A stretch of 64,000 nucleotides of DNA from Deltaproteobacteria bacterium. GTDB lineage: Bacteria; Myxococcota_A; Polyangia; Polyangiales; Houyiibacteriaceae. Of the stretch, positions 8,894-18,534 are shown in pieces; position 1 is the stretch's first letter, and every line of letters starts with the position of its first letter. The notes beneath the pieces were generated by a model. The model worked only from the letters and a program-made list of their open reading frames with translations, was not told the origin of the DNA and did no database searches. Position numbers and translations under genes: made by a program. Location of the stretch: positions 9,862 to 73,861 of the forward strand of contig JAXMNT010000041.1 in NCBI GenBank assembly GCA_034670305.1, read 5' to 3'.

Positions 8894-11800
8894 TTAGCCG
8901 AGCAGGGCGGTCAGGGCGCGGGGTTCGGCGCTTTCGCGGTAGCGGACGACGTGTTCTTTGCGCATCGCGGTGGCGCGGCGTTCGAGCGCGTCTCGGGCGC
9001 GGTCTCGAGCCTCCGAGGTCGCGTCCGGATCGCACTGCAGGCGCGCGCGCCAGACGAACACCGCGTCGCCTTCCATGCCGACGAGTGCGCCGATGGCGTC
9101 GGTCGCTTCGCGTGCGCAGGCGGCGGCGGCCTCGTGGCCGAGGCCGTGGAGTGCGAGCGCCTTCGCGGCCAGGCAGAGCACGCGCAGCGGCGGGATGCCT
9201 TCGACGGCTTCGAGTGCGCGCTCGGCGGCTTCGTGTGCGGCCGTCATGTCGCCGCTGCGCTGCGCGATGCGGCTGAGGTAGAACCACGCGCCGCCGATCA
9301 GCGGGGGGCTCGAGAGATTCTTGCCGAGCTCGAGCGCTTCGTATTGCAGCGCGCGGCCGGCGTCGAGGTCGCCGAGTTGCGCGGTGGCCCAGCCGAGGTT
9401 TTGGAGCGCGAACCCTTCAACGAAGGAGAGGCCGAGCCGGCGCGAGGACTCCCGTGCGATGACCAGGGCCGTCTGGGCTTCTTCGAGCGCGCCGATCTCC
9501 ATCCAGCCGTAGCCGAGACGCACGCGTTGGTTGCTCGCGTGCCGCTGGTCGCCGGCCTGGTCGTAGGCCTGCACCGCGGCGGCGGTGTGGTCGAGGTAGA
9601 CGCTGACGTTGCCCGCGTGAAGCGCGCGCGCCGCGGCGGTGGTCTCGCGCCATGCGATCGAGACGACGTCGCCGAGCGCCGCTTCGTTGGCCGCTTCGAT
9701 GAGCGCGTCGGCGGCATCGAGCTGTCCGCGTCCGAGCATCTGGTGTGCCCCGCGGCAGAGCGCGATCAGTCGCTCGCGCGCGGCGTCGAAGGAGCCGTCG
9801 GCCGTCACCCGCGCACGCTCGGTGTACTCGTCGACCACCTTCGCTTCGCCGGTGATGCCCGCCGACACGAGCCCGTTGCCGAGCGCCTGGAAGTAGGGCG
9901 CGGTCCCCGGTGTCAGGTGGTCGAGCGCGTCCCGCGCGAACGCGGCGGCGAGCGCGTACTCGCCGCGCCACCGGTGCGCTTCGGCGCCGAGCAGGGCGAG
10001 TTCTCCGAGAAGCGCCGCGTTCGACGCACCGCGCGCGGCTTCGCTCCGCCCGGACTCGGCGAGCCCCGCCGCGCGCTCGAGATCGCTCGCTTCGAGCGCG
10101 CGGCTGGCGGCTTCTGCGAACGCTTGAGCGGCTCGGTCGGGCGAGTCGCCGCGGCTGAAGTGGTGCGCGAGGATCTCGGGGTCGGAGACGCCGTGCCCTT
10201 GCGACCACGCCTCTTGCAGCCAGTCGGCCGCGAGCCGGTGCCCGAGCGTGCGGTCCTCGTCGGTCAACATCGCGTACGCGGCGTCGCGCACTGCGCTCTG
10301 CCGGAAGACCCACTCGGTCTCTCCCGCGATCGCGCTGACTTCGCGGCGCGTCAGCAGCTCGTCGTCGGCGAACGTCGAGAGCCACCGGTCCGCGCCGATC
10401 TCGCCCGCCCCCGCCCGCCCGAGGAGCCGTTGCACCGCGCCGGTCCAGAAGCGGGCGCCAAGCACACTGGCGGCGCGGAGCACGCGGCGTCCACTTCCGT
10501 CCATCGCGGTCAGGCGCGTTTCGATCATGCCGAGCACGCTGTCGGGCAGGTCGCCGTCGCCTTCGCCGCGGCCGACGGCGCGCACGAGCTCCTCGAGAAA
10601 GAACGCGTTCCCATCGCCGCGCTCGACGATGCGATCGACGCTCTCGTCGTCCGCATCTTCCAGTGCGGCGCGCACGAGTTTGCCCGCAGCCCGGCGGGTC
10701 AGCCGAGCGAGCCGCACTTCTTGTAGGTCGCGCTCCGCCCACAGATCCGGGAAACGTTCGCGGGCTTCGGGGCGTCCGGTGGCGACCACGAAGAGCGGCG
10801 CTTCTTCCAGTCGCCGCAGGAGCCCGTCGACCGCGTGCACGGTGGGCTGGTCGGCCCATTGGAGATCCTCGAGCACGAGCACGACGGGTTGGGCGGCGCA
10901 CTCGAGCGCCATCCAATCTTCGAGCGCGCTGCGCACGCCGTCGCTCATCAGCTGCGGATCGTGACGCGCGGCTTCGAGCGCGGGAAGCACGTCTTTTTGA
11001 AACGGCACCCGAACGAGCTCCCCGAGGAACACCGTCAGCCGCGCGCGTTCGGCGCCGACGGCGACCCGTGCCACGTGGCTCGCGAGTTTGCGCCGCCGGA
11101 TCTCGAGCGGCTCGCCGTCGATGATGTCCGCGCTGCGCCGAATCGCGGACGCGAGGGCGGCGTAGGGCGCGCCTTGCATTGGATCGGCCGCGCCGAACAT
11201 CAAGGTGTGCGGTGCGTCGATGCGTTCCAGCAGTTCTTCGACCACCCGCGTCTTGCCACCACCGGCCGGCGCCTCCACCCACACGACACGCGCGACCGGC
11301 TCTTCGGTCGCCTCTTCGAAGATCGCCTCGAGGGTGCCGAGCTCGCGCCGCCGCCCCATGCACGCGACCTCGCGGCCGAGCAGGGTGCGGCGCGCGCGTT
11401 CCACCGGGCGCATGCGGTGCAGCCGGCGCAGGCCGGCGTCTCCGGTGCGAAAGAACCGTTCGTCGAGCAGTCCGTCCACCACGTCGTCGATGCGGATCGC
11501 TCGGGGTCCGGGCTCGGCCTCGGGTGGGTCGACGACGGTGTCCGAGAGTGCGGCGGCGCCCCGGTCGATGACCTCGCCGGCGGGCAGGCGCGAGGTCACG
11601 ACGCTGCGCCCAGCGACCACGGCGATCGGGGCTTCCGGCAACACCGCGCGCAGCGCGAGCGCGAGCCGGGCCGCGCGTTCGGCTTGATCCGTCACCACGC
11701 CGCGGCTGCCGATGCTGGCGACCATCGAGCCGTCGGCGACCAACTCGACCGCGGCGCCGTGCGATTGCGCGAGCTCGCGCAGCTCGCCGTGCAGGTCGCC

Positions 11801-12877
11801 GCTGAGTTCGTCGGTCGAGAGCACCGTGGGCGCGCTGGCGCCGTAGCCGCCCACGTCCGCGACCATGACCACACAGAGCAGCCGCTGCTCCGAGGTCCCG
11901 AGCGCAGGCGGCAGGCTGGGGCGCGCCTTGCGTGCGCTCAGCGTCTCCAAGTCGAGTGCGTCGAGACCGGCCACCACACCGGCGCCGTCTTCCGGGCGCG
12001 CGGCGGGATCTTTTGCGAGCATCGACATCACGAACTGTTCGACCGGCTCGGGGAGGTTCGGCACCGCGAGCGCGGGCGCGTCTTCGAGGAGGATCTTGGC
12101 GAGCACCGCGAGCGCCGTGTCGCCTTCGAACGGGCGCCGGCCGCTCAGACACTCGTAGAGCACGACGCCGAGCGCGTACACGTCGGTCCGGGCGTCGACC
12201 CGCTTGTCGGCGCGCGCTTGTTCGGGCGACATGTAGTGCGGGGTGCCGATGGCGGCGCCGGTGGCGGTGAGGGTGTGTCCCCGGCCCATCTGGCGCGCGA
12301 TGCCGAAGTCGAGCACCCGGCAGACCGCGGCCGGCGGCGTCGGTGCGCGGGGCGTGCCCGAACCGACCGTGGTGCCTTTGGTCTCCGACGCCTCGGCCGA
12401 CGCCTCGCCCGCTTCTTCTGCCGTGCCCTGGGTGTCGAGGAAGAGGTTGGCCGGCTTGAGATCCCGATGCACCACACCGCGCGCGTGCGCGTCGGCGAGT
12501 GCGGCCGCGGCCTGACGGATCATGGAGACCGCTTCGGCGGGATCGAGACCACCGCGCTGCAACTTCTCGGCGACGGTCATGCCCTCGAGCCACTCCATCG
12601 CGAGCCACACTTTGCCCGCGGCCGTGCCGCTCTCCGGGCCCGCGACCCCGTGCGCGACGTACCGCACGATGCCCGGGTGGCCGAGCTGCTTGAGGAGGGT
12701 GGCTTCGCGTTCGAAGCGGGTGATGTCGACGACGTTCGAAGACCGCAGGAGCTTGACCGCCACGCGCTGTCCGGTGAGTCGATCGATCGCCTCGTGCACG
12801 ACGCCCATGCCGCCTGCCCCGACGATGCGCCCGAGTTCGAACCGGTCTGCGAGCACCAGGTGGGGCGGCGGGATCAT
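8894..12877 (-). CDS. Ser/Thr kinase fused to degenerate cyclase-like domain, STAND-type ATPase and TPR-like repeats
   Basis: GAGGMGVV, VAVK, HRDLKPAN, DFG, GTPHYMSPEQ; Walker A APAGGGKT; Walker B VLVLEDLQWAD; GNAFFLEEL. ATG 12877 overlaps the upstream stop (ATGA). Confidence 0.92.
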   Translation of the reverse strand: MIPPPHLVLADRFELGRIVGAGGMGVVHEAIDRLTGQRVAVKLLRSSNVVDITRFEREATLLKQLGHPGIVRYVAHGVAGPESGTAAGKVWLAMEWLEGMTVAEKLQRGGLDPAEAVSMIRQAAAALADAHARGVVHRDLKPANLFLDTQGTAEEAGEASAEASETKGTTVGSGTPRAPTPPAAVCRVLDFGIARQMGRGHTLTATGAAIGTPHYMSPEQARADKRVDARTDVYALGVVLYECLSGRRPFEGDTALAVLAKILLEDAPALAVPNLPEPVEQFVMSMLAKDPAARPEDGAGVVAGLDALDLETLSARKARPSLPPALGTSEQRLLCVVMVADVGGYGASAPTVLSTDELSGDLHGELRELAQSHGAAVELVADGSMVASIGSRGVVTDQAERAARLALALRAVLPEAPIAVVAGRSVVTSRLPAGEVIDRGAAALSDTVVDPPEAEPGPRAIRIDDVVDGLLDERFFRTGDAGLRRLHRMRPVERARRTLLGREVACMGRRRELGTLEAIFEEATEEPVARVVWVEAPAGGGKTRVVEELLERIDAPHTLMFGAADPMQGAPYAALASAIRRSADIIDGEPLEIRRRKLASHVARVAVGAERARLTVFLGELVRVPFQKDVLPALEAARHDPQLMSDGVRSALEDWMALECAAQPVVLVLEDLQWADQPTVHAVDGLLRRLEEAPLFVVATGRPEARERFPDLWAERDLQEVRLARLTRRAAGKLVRAALEDADDESVDRIVERGDGNAFFLEELVRAVGRGEGDGDLPDSVLGMIETRLTAMDGSGRRVLRAASVLGARFWTGAVQRLLGRAGAGEIGADRWLSTFADDELLTRREVSAIAGETEWVFRQSAVRDAAYAMLTDEDRTLGHRLAADWLQEAWSQGHGVSDPEILAHHFSRGDSPDRAAQAFAEAASRALEASDLERAAGLAESGRSEAARGASNAALLGELALLGAEAHRWRGEYALAAAFARDALDHLTPGTAPYFQALGNGLVSAGITGEAKVVDEYTERARVTADGSFDAARERLIALCRGAHQMLGRGQLDAADALIEAANEAALGDVVSIAWRETTAAARALHAGNVSVYLDHTAAAVQAYDQAGDQRHASNQRVRLGYGWMEIGALEEAQTALVIARESSRRLGLSFVEGFALQNLGWATAQLGDLDAGRALQYEALELGKNLSSPPLIGGAWFYLSRIAQRSGDMTAAHEAAERALEAVEGIPPLRVLCLAAKALALHGLGHEAAAACAREATDAIGALVGMEGDAVFVWRARLQCDPDATSEARDRARDALERRATAMRKEHVVRYRESAEPRALTALLG

Positions 12878-14358
12878 TCGACCGCGACCACGGTCTGGCT
12901 GGGCCCGTTCACCGACACGACCGCGCCTCCCCGTCGCGGGTCCCCGAGCCCTTCGGAGGTTCCGTCCCGGCGCAAGACCGCCTGCACCCCGCCAAAGAAG
13001 AAGGCGCGCTCCGGGAACGGATGCACGTGTTCGAACACTTCGCGGAGCGCCGCGATCGTCTGGTCCGGCTCGCCGCGTTCCGGCATCTCGAGCCACACGT
13101 CCTTCTCTTCGGCGTGGATGCGAGGGGCGAAGATCGCGTCGTACAGGCTGGCTCCGGCCCCCACCGCGCGCAGCACTTGTGAGACGACGCTGCGAATGCG
13201 GTTGGCGCCGCCGCTGCCGAGCGCGAGCACCGCGCCGTTCTTTGTGCGTGCGATGGTCGGGGCGATCGCCGAGGGCAAGGGATCACCGGGCGCATGAAGA
13301 AAGAAGCCGTCGGGGTTCAGGTCGGCTTCCCCGAGGAAGTTGTTCATCTGCACGCCGGTCTCGGGGACCAAGTACCCGCAGCCTTCGCCGTTGGTGAGCG
13401 TGAGGCTCGCGGCCCCCCCGTACTGGTCGAGGGCACTGATGTGGGTCGTGCCGCCGAGCAGCGAACCCGGGTCCTTCGCGCGGTGGCCGGCGCGGCACGC
13501 GTGGGCCAGCGCGAGCGCAGTCTCCATCGGGCTCGGGGCCTCGGCTTCGGCATCGAACGCGGCGAGCGCGGAGACGATGACCTCGATGAGCCGACCGCCG
13601 AGACGCGGAGAGCCGAGCACCTCCCAGCGGTCGTCGCCGAGGGTCACCTCGAACCGGCGCGGCGCCACGACCTGCGGTTTCGCGACGAGATCATCGGCGG
13701 TCAACGATCCGCCCACCGTGCGACCGAACTCGCCGAGCAATCGGTCGCGGAACTCGGTCGCGGCGCCGGTCTTGGCGTAGGTCTCGAGCAGCGCCGCCAT
13801 CGGTGGGATGGCGAGGCGTTCGCCCGAGCGCGGGGGCATGCCGTCTTTCGAGTAGAGCGCGCACGTGTCCGGATGCAGCACGTTGATCGGCCAGAGCAGC
13901 CGGAACACCTCCGCGGACTGGGGGCTCAGCGGCGCGCCATGGCGGGCCAGTGCGATCGCGGGCGCGACGCAGGCCTCGAGCGGGAGCCGGCCGTACCGCT
14001 GGCTGGCGAGCGCCAGACCTTCGAGTGCGAGCGGCGGCGCGGCGGAACCTCGCCCGACGTGGAACTCTTGGGTGGCGGAACCGAAGTCGATGAGCACCGA
14101 GACGAAGTCGCGCGGCACGTCGGTCGGCGCGGCGCCGCGTCCGGGCGCTTCGGAGAAGAAGTCCACCACGACCGGTGCTTCGCCGTCCGGGGCGATCGTG
14201 AGCATGCCGGCGCCGCCGGCGCTCGCCAGAAGGGGTTCGCTGACGAACGACGCGAGCCCGCCTGCGATGGCGGCATCGACCGCGTTGCCACCTTCGCGCA
14301 ACACCGACGCCGCAGCTTCGGCGGTGTGCGGGTTGCCTGCTGCTACGACACCGGACAC
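12874..14358 (-). CDS. ggt: Gamma-glutamyltransferase family protein (cytoplasmic type)
   Basis: LREGGNAVDAAIA, nucleophile motif GTTHISALD, MNNFLGE, GSGGANRI, DPRRGG; no signal peptide. Confidence 0.88.
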   Translation of the reverse strand: MSGVVAAGNPHTAEAAASVLREGGNAVDAAIAGGLASFVSEPLLASAGGAGMLTIAPDGEAPVVVDFFSEAPGRGAAPTDVPRDFVSVLIDFGSATQEFHVGRGSAAPPLALEGLALASQRYGRLPLEACVAPAIALARHGAPLSPQSAEVFRLLWPINVLHPDTCALYSKDGMPPRSGERLAIPPMAALLETYAKTGAATEFRDRLLGEFGRTVGGSLTADDLVAKPQVVAPRRFEVTLGDDRWEVLGSPRLGGRLIEVIVSALAAFDAEAEAPSPMETALALAHACRAGHRAKDPGSLLGGTTHISALDQYGGAASLTLTNGEGCGYLVPETGVQMNNFLGEADLNPDGFFLHAPGDPLPSAIAPTIARTKNGAVLALGSGGANRIRSVVSQVLRAVGAGASLYDAIFAPRIHAEEKDVWLEMPERGEPDQTIAALREVFEHVHPFPERAFFFGGVQAVLRRDGTSEGLGDPRRGGAVVSVNGPSQTVVAVE

Positions 14359-14417
14359 GGCCGCGGACTATACGCGATCGACGTCGCTCTTGGGCCCGCA
14401 AGCGAAGCCGCAGAGGT

Positions 14418-14525
14418 TCAAGCTGGCCGTCTTGCCCTTGCGCTTGTCCGCCAAGGCAGGGGCTGCCGCTCGCCTCCGCAGCCGATGGTGGACACGACGA
14501 GGAGGACGGTGAGACGGAGATGCAC
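14418..14525 (-). CDS. Possible 35-aa micro-lipoprotein or truncated lipoprotein remnant
   Basis: GTG 14525 gives MHLRLTVLLVVSTIGCGGERQPLPWRTSARARRPA*; signal-peptide-like with IGC lipobox; no clear RBS. Confidence 0.3.
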   Translation of the reverse strand: MHLRLTVLLVVSTIGCGGERQPLPWRTSARARRPA

Positions 14526-14594
14526 GGAGTGTTTCTACGCTTTGGCGACGGTGGTTCTTCCACAGGTCGTTCGACCCGCGTGCGACGCTCCCCG

Positions 14595-15605
14595 CTACTC
14601 CGACTCTTCGTCGTCTTCGCCGCCGGGACCGGCGTCGTCTACGCCCGCATCCAGGATGGCTTCGGTTCCTGGGCGGGCCATCTCTTTGGCGTCCATGAAC
14701 GCGCGCATCACGCGGGGCGAGGTTCGGACGCTGTCCATCTGCATGTCCGGCTGCCGGTCGAGCGCCGCGCGAAACGCGTCGCGCGCGAGGTCGGGCCGGG
14801 CGAGCGCGACGTAGGCGGTGCCGAGGTGCCGTTGAATGGTCACCACCTGGTTGCCGGTCAGCGACTCCGCGCCGAGGAGCCGGTTGCCGAGCGCGACCGT
14901 CTCGGTGAAGCGGCCGTGGCGCAGGTGCTCGCGCATGCCCGGCAGCTCTTGTTCGATCCGCTCTTGGAGTTCCCGGAGGCCGCCCGCTTGCGGGGCACTG
15001 CCGGTCTCTTCTTCGATGATGTGTCGGCCTTCTTCGCTCAGCGAGAGATCCGTCAGCGGCACGAGCACGATCTGTCCACGGGTGAGCCGGTTGAAGCGCA
15101 GGTTGTTGAAGCGGCGGAGGCGGCGCGCGTGTTCGACGCCGGAGCCGTGGTAGGTCTTCGCGATCCGCAGCACGTTCTCGCCCTGCGCCGTCACATGGCG
15201 GAGCGGGTAGGGCACGACGAGCTGCGCGCCCACGTCGGGTTGCTCCGCCTGCGAGCCGTGGTTCGCCTCGACCAGGATGAACGCGCGACGCGCGTCGCCG
15301 TAGAAACGGCGGGCGAGCTCGGCCCAGGTCTCGCCCTGCTGGACTTCGTGAAAGCTCACGTGCGGGATCTGCAGCCGCAGGCCGACTTCGATCGGCGCGC
15401 CGCCCTGAGCGGTCAGCCCATTCTCGGCCACCAGCACGTTCTCGCGGCGCGGGTCGCCGTAGTAGCGCTCGGCGATCGACGCGAGGGTCTCGCCTTCCCG
15501 CACGACGTGTTGGTACCCGCGGTCCGCCCGCGCCGACGTCAGCCATCCGACCAAGAGGAAGGAGCCGACCAGGCTGGCGGCGAGCGCCCATCGCACGCGG
15601 GTCAT
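14595..15605 (-). CDS. Exported LysM-repeat protein with C-terminal TPR-like helices
   Basis: Signal peptide; HVVREGETLASIAERYYG, HEVQQGETWAELARRFYG, HVTAQGENVLRIAKTYHG; start overlaps the kinase stop (ATGA). Confidence 0.88.
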   Translation of the reverse strand: MTRVRWALAASLVGSFLLVGWLTSARADRGYQHVVREGETLASIAERYYGDPRRENVLVAENGLTAQGGAPIEVGLRLQIPHVSFHEVQQGETWAELARRFYGDARRAFILVEANHGSQAEQPDVGAQLVVPYPLRHVTAQGENVLRIAKTYHGSGVEHARRLRRFNNLRFNRLTRGQIVLVPLTDLSLSEEGRHIIEEETGSAPQAGGLRELQERIEQELPGMREHLRHGRFTETVALGNRLLGAESLTGNQVVTIQRHLGTAYVALARPDLARDAFRAALDRQPDMQMDSVRTSPRVMRAFMDAKEMARPGTEAILDAGVDDAGPGGEDDEESE

Positions 15606-16948
15606 TCCGAACCCTCCGAGGGCTCTTCGCCGTCGAGCACGTGCAGCGGCTGAAGTTCGACCTCCACCGTCTCGGTCTCTTCCGTAACGATGCGAACTTC
15701 GGTCTGGAACTCCTGGTAGTACGGGTTGATGAACTTCAGGTAGTGCGTGCCCGGGCTCAGCGCGATCGGCTGCGCGGTCGGGGTCGTGACCACGTGCTGT
15801 CCATCGATGTAGACGTCCGCCCAGGGGTCGACCACGACGCGCAAGAACCCGGCGCGCTCGGGCACCACCGGGCTCTGTCCGGGCGAGACAAAACTCTCCG
15901 CGTCCTCGTCGAAGCGTCCGGTGCCGGCTTGAATCACACCGCCCGCGCCGACGATGCCGGCAAAGAGCAGCGTGCTGAAGAACGTCGCGTGCCGGACGAG
16001 ACGTTTGTCCTTCATGCCGCTGCGGCGCACGTTCCTTGGCGCGCCGGCCGCCAGCATCTCGTCCGCGGCGCTGTCCGTCAGGATGCCGACGTCGCGCTGG
16101 AACATGACAAGGCGCGCCGAGTAGTTCATCGCCACCCGCGGCGCGAGGAACTCCTGCAGGTCGTCGATGAGCGCCTGCGTGGTCGGGTACCGGTTCGCCG
16201 GCATCTTCTCCATGCAGCGTCCGAGGATCCGCTCGAGCTGCCGCGGCACCTTCGGGTTGATCTTGCGGGGCGACACGTACCGATCGAGCCGGATCTTCTG
16301 CATCACGGTGCGGGCTTCGTCTTCGACGAAGGGCTTCTGCCCCGTGACCATCTGGTAGAGCACGATGCCCACGCTGAAGAGGTCGGATCGGAAGTCGAGT
16401 TTGTCGCCGAGGATCTGTTCCGGGCTCATGTAGCTCGGGGTGCCGAGCCCGGTGCCGGTCTCGGTCAGGTCGCTGAGCGTCTCGTCCCGCGCGATGCCGA
16501 AGTCCATCAACTTCACCTCGCCCTGGCGCGAGATCATGATGTTGGCGGGTTTGATGTCGCGGTGAATGATCCCGCGGAAGTGGGCGTAGTCGAGCGCGCG
16601 CGCGACCTGGAGTGCCGCAATGGCCGCGACTTCGGGCGGAAGGGTGGGCGAGTGCTCGAGCAGATCGTAGAGATCGATGCCTTCGACGAACTCCATGATG
16701 ATGTACATGGAGCGGCCGTCCTTCACGAAGTCGACCACGTGAAGAATGTTCTCGTGCTGGAGCGACGCCATGAAGTGCGCCTCGCGCTCGAAACGCTTGG
16801 CGAACTGGCTGTCCATCGCGATGGACGGCTTGAGTGCCTTGATCGCGACGATGCGGCCCAGCGGCTCCTGGATGGCCTTGTAGACCACGGCCATCCCGCC
16901 GCTGCCGATCTCGCCGAGAATGCGGCAGTTGCCGATGCGGTCGCTCAT
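15602..16948 (-). CDS. Membrane Ser/Thr protein kinase with C-terminal PEGA-like domain
   Basis: GSGGMAVVYKA, HRDIKPAN, DFG, GTPSYMSPEQ; TM segment; PWADVYIDG...TTP...LSPGTH; likely start MSDRIGNC at 16948. Confidence 0.92.
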   Translation of the reverse strand: MSDRIGNCRILGEIGSGGMAVVYKAIQEPLGRIVAIKALKPSIAMDSQFAKRFEREAHFMASLQHENILHVVDFVKDGRSMYIIMEFVEGIDLYDLLEHSPTLPPEVAAIAALQVARALDYAHFRGIIHRDIKPANIMISRQGEVKLMDFGIARDETLSDLTETGTGLGTPSYMSPEQILGDKLDFRSDLFSVGIVLYQMVTGQKPFVEDEARTVMQKIRLDRYVSPRKINPKVPRQLERILGRCMEKMPANRYPTTQALIDDLQEFLAPRVAMNYSARLVMFQRDVGILTDSAADEMLAAGAPRNVRRSGMKDKRLVRHATFFSTLLFAGIVGAGGVIQAGTGRFDEDAESFVSPGQSPVVPERAGFLRVVVDPWADVYIDGQHVVTTPTAQPIALSPGTHYLKFINPYYQEFQTEVRIVTEETETVEVELQPLHVLDGEEPSEGSE

Positions 16949-17058
16949 CCGAAGGAGGCGAAGGTACGGAGACAACGCCCTCGGTGTCAACGGAGGTCTC
17001 GTGCCGCGAACGGGTTGAAGTTGACCTGGACGGGCCGGCGGACCCAGGATGGCGGCTC

Positions 17059-18501
17059 GTGTTGGACCGCGACGTCGACGACCCGATGCTGGCCCAGCGC
17101 TGTGTCGATCAAGAACCCGGGGCGTGGGATCTGCTCGTGGCGCGCTTCGAGGGGCCCGCGCGTATGGTCACCGCCCGGGTGCTCGACGAGCGCCGGGACA
17201 CCTTCGATCTGGTGGAACTCGGGCCTTTGGTCGAGAAGGTGTGGGGCCGGTTGCGCCGGCGGGACGCGGCTGCGCTGCAGCTTTGGCGGGGTCAGCGGCT
17301 CTTGCCCTACCTCTGTCTGCTGACCCGGCTCGAAGTGGAGCGGGCGGTCACCGATCAGACCCCCGCGGTCTCCCTGGTGGCGCCGCTGCCCACCCCGGTG
17401 TCCATCAGCCGCGACACCGTGGCCGAGCCGGTCACCCTCCGGGTGATCGACTCGCTGCGCCGCCTCCCGCCCCGCAATACGGTGCTGATCCGGCTGCGTC
17501 AGCATGGGCTCGGGCTCGAGGAGATCGCACTCACGGTCGGCAGCCCGGAGCACGCGGTCGAAGAAGAGCTCCAGCGGATCGCCGGCCACCTGGCCAAACG
17601 GCTCGACGACGACGCGGAGACCTGGCGGGTGACCCTCGACTGCGCCGACATCGCCGAAGCGGTGCAGGTGGCCATCCGGACCGAAGAAGATGGTGCCTAC
17701 CGCCGGCGGCGGACCCGCGCGGAGACGATCTGGCGGCAGCTCGGACACGCCCTTCGGGGGGCCAACCTCGGCGCGTTGCCCGCCTCGCAGGGGGGACCGC
17801 TCCAGGATCCGGCGGCGGTCGCTCGGTTCGTCGATGGATCGATGAAGGGGTCGGAACGGACCCAGGCCGAAGGCCATCTGATGGGGGACGGGCAGGTGGT
17901 CGACCAGGTCGCCGCTCTGCTGACGGATCTGGGCGCGGTCGAGTGGCTCCGGCGTGGCAGCCACCTGCCCGAGGCGTTGAGTCTCGCGGCCGGGTCGATC
18001 GGCGCGGGTCGCTTCCGGCTCGCCACCAAGGTGCTGGCCGCGGCCCGCCGCGAAGAAGCAGCGCCCAAGAGCGAGCGTGCGATGGCCCTCCTCGGCCGCC
18101 TGGCGCGGGTGGGCCTCTCGCTCCAGCGAGGCGAAGGCCGTGCGGCCACGTTGCCCGAAAAGGAGGCGTTGCCGCACGACGACGAAGCGCCGCTCGTCGC
18201 ATTCGAAGCGTTGATTCACCAGGATCCGGAGACCGCCCGCCACGCGATCGACGACTATGCGGTGAAGCAGACCATCGGCCGCCGGTTGCGATTGCTCGCA
18301 TCGGGATCCGGCGCCGACCTGGCCGAGGCGCGTGCCGACGCCGAGCGCATCGTCCGCTGGACGAGCCCGGACCCAGGGGTGCTCGAGGACGCGTGGGCGG
18401 TGTTGGCGCTCCCCCAAGGCCGGGCGCTGCCGTGGGAGATCGCGACCGCTCGGCTGCGGGATGCCCTAGCCGACGCGGTACGCTTTCTGCTCTCGCGCTA
18501 G
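17059..18501 (+). CDS. ECF sigma-factor-like N-terminus fused to anti-sigma-like and helical C-terminal region (start uncertain, 16984-17086)
   Basis: LAQRCVDQEPGAWDLLVARF (region 2-like), SLRRLPPRNTVLIRLRQHGLGLEEIALTVG (region 4-like), VARFVDGSMKGSERTQAEGHL (zf-HC2-like without Cys). Confidence 0.65.
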   Translation: MLDRDVDDPMLAQRCVDQEPGAWDLLVARFEGPARMVTARVLDERRDTFDLVELGPLVEKVWGRLRRRDAAALQLWRGQRLLPYLCLLTRLEVERAVTDQTPAVSLVAPLPTPVSISRDTVAEPVTLRVIDSLRRLPPRNTVLIRLRQHGLGLEEIALTVGSPEHAVEEELQRIAGHLAKRLDDDAETWRVTLDCADIAEAVQVAIRTEEDGAYRRRRTRAETIWRQLGHALRGANLGALPASQGGPLQDPAAVARFVDGSMKGSERTQAEGHLMGDGQVVDQVAALLTDLGAVEWLRRGSHLPEALSLAAGSIGAGRFRLATKVLAAARREEAAPKSERAMALLGRLARVGLSLQRGEGRAATLPEKEALPHDDEAPLVAFEALIHQDPETARHAIDDYAVKQTIGRRLRLLASGSGADLAEARADAERIVRWTSPDPGVLEDAWAVLALPQGRALPWEIATARLRDALADAVRFLLSR

Positions 18502-18534
18502 ACCGCGCCTACGAACGCCGGTAGGTGTACCCCG

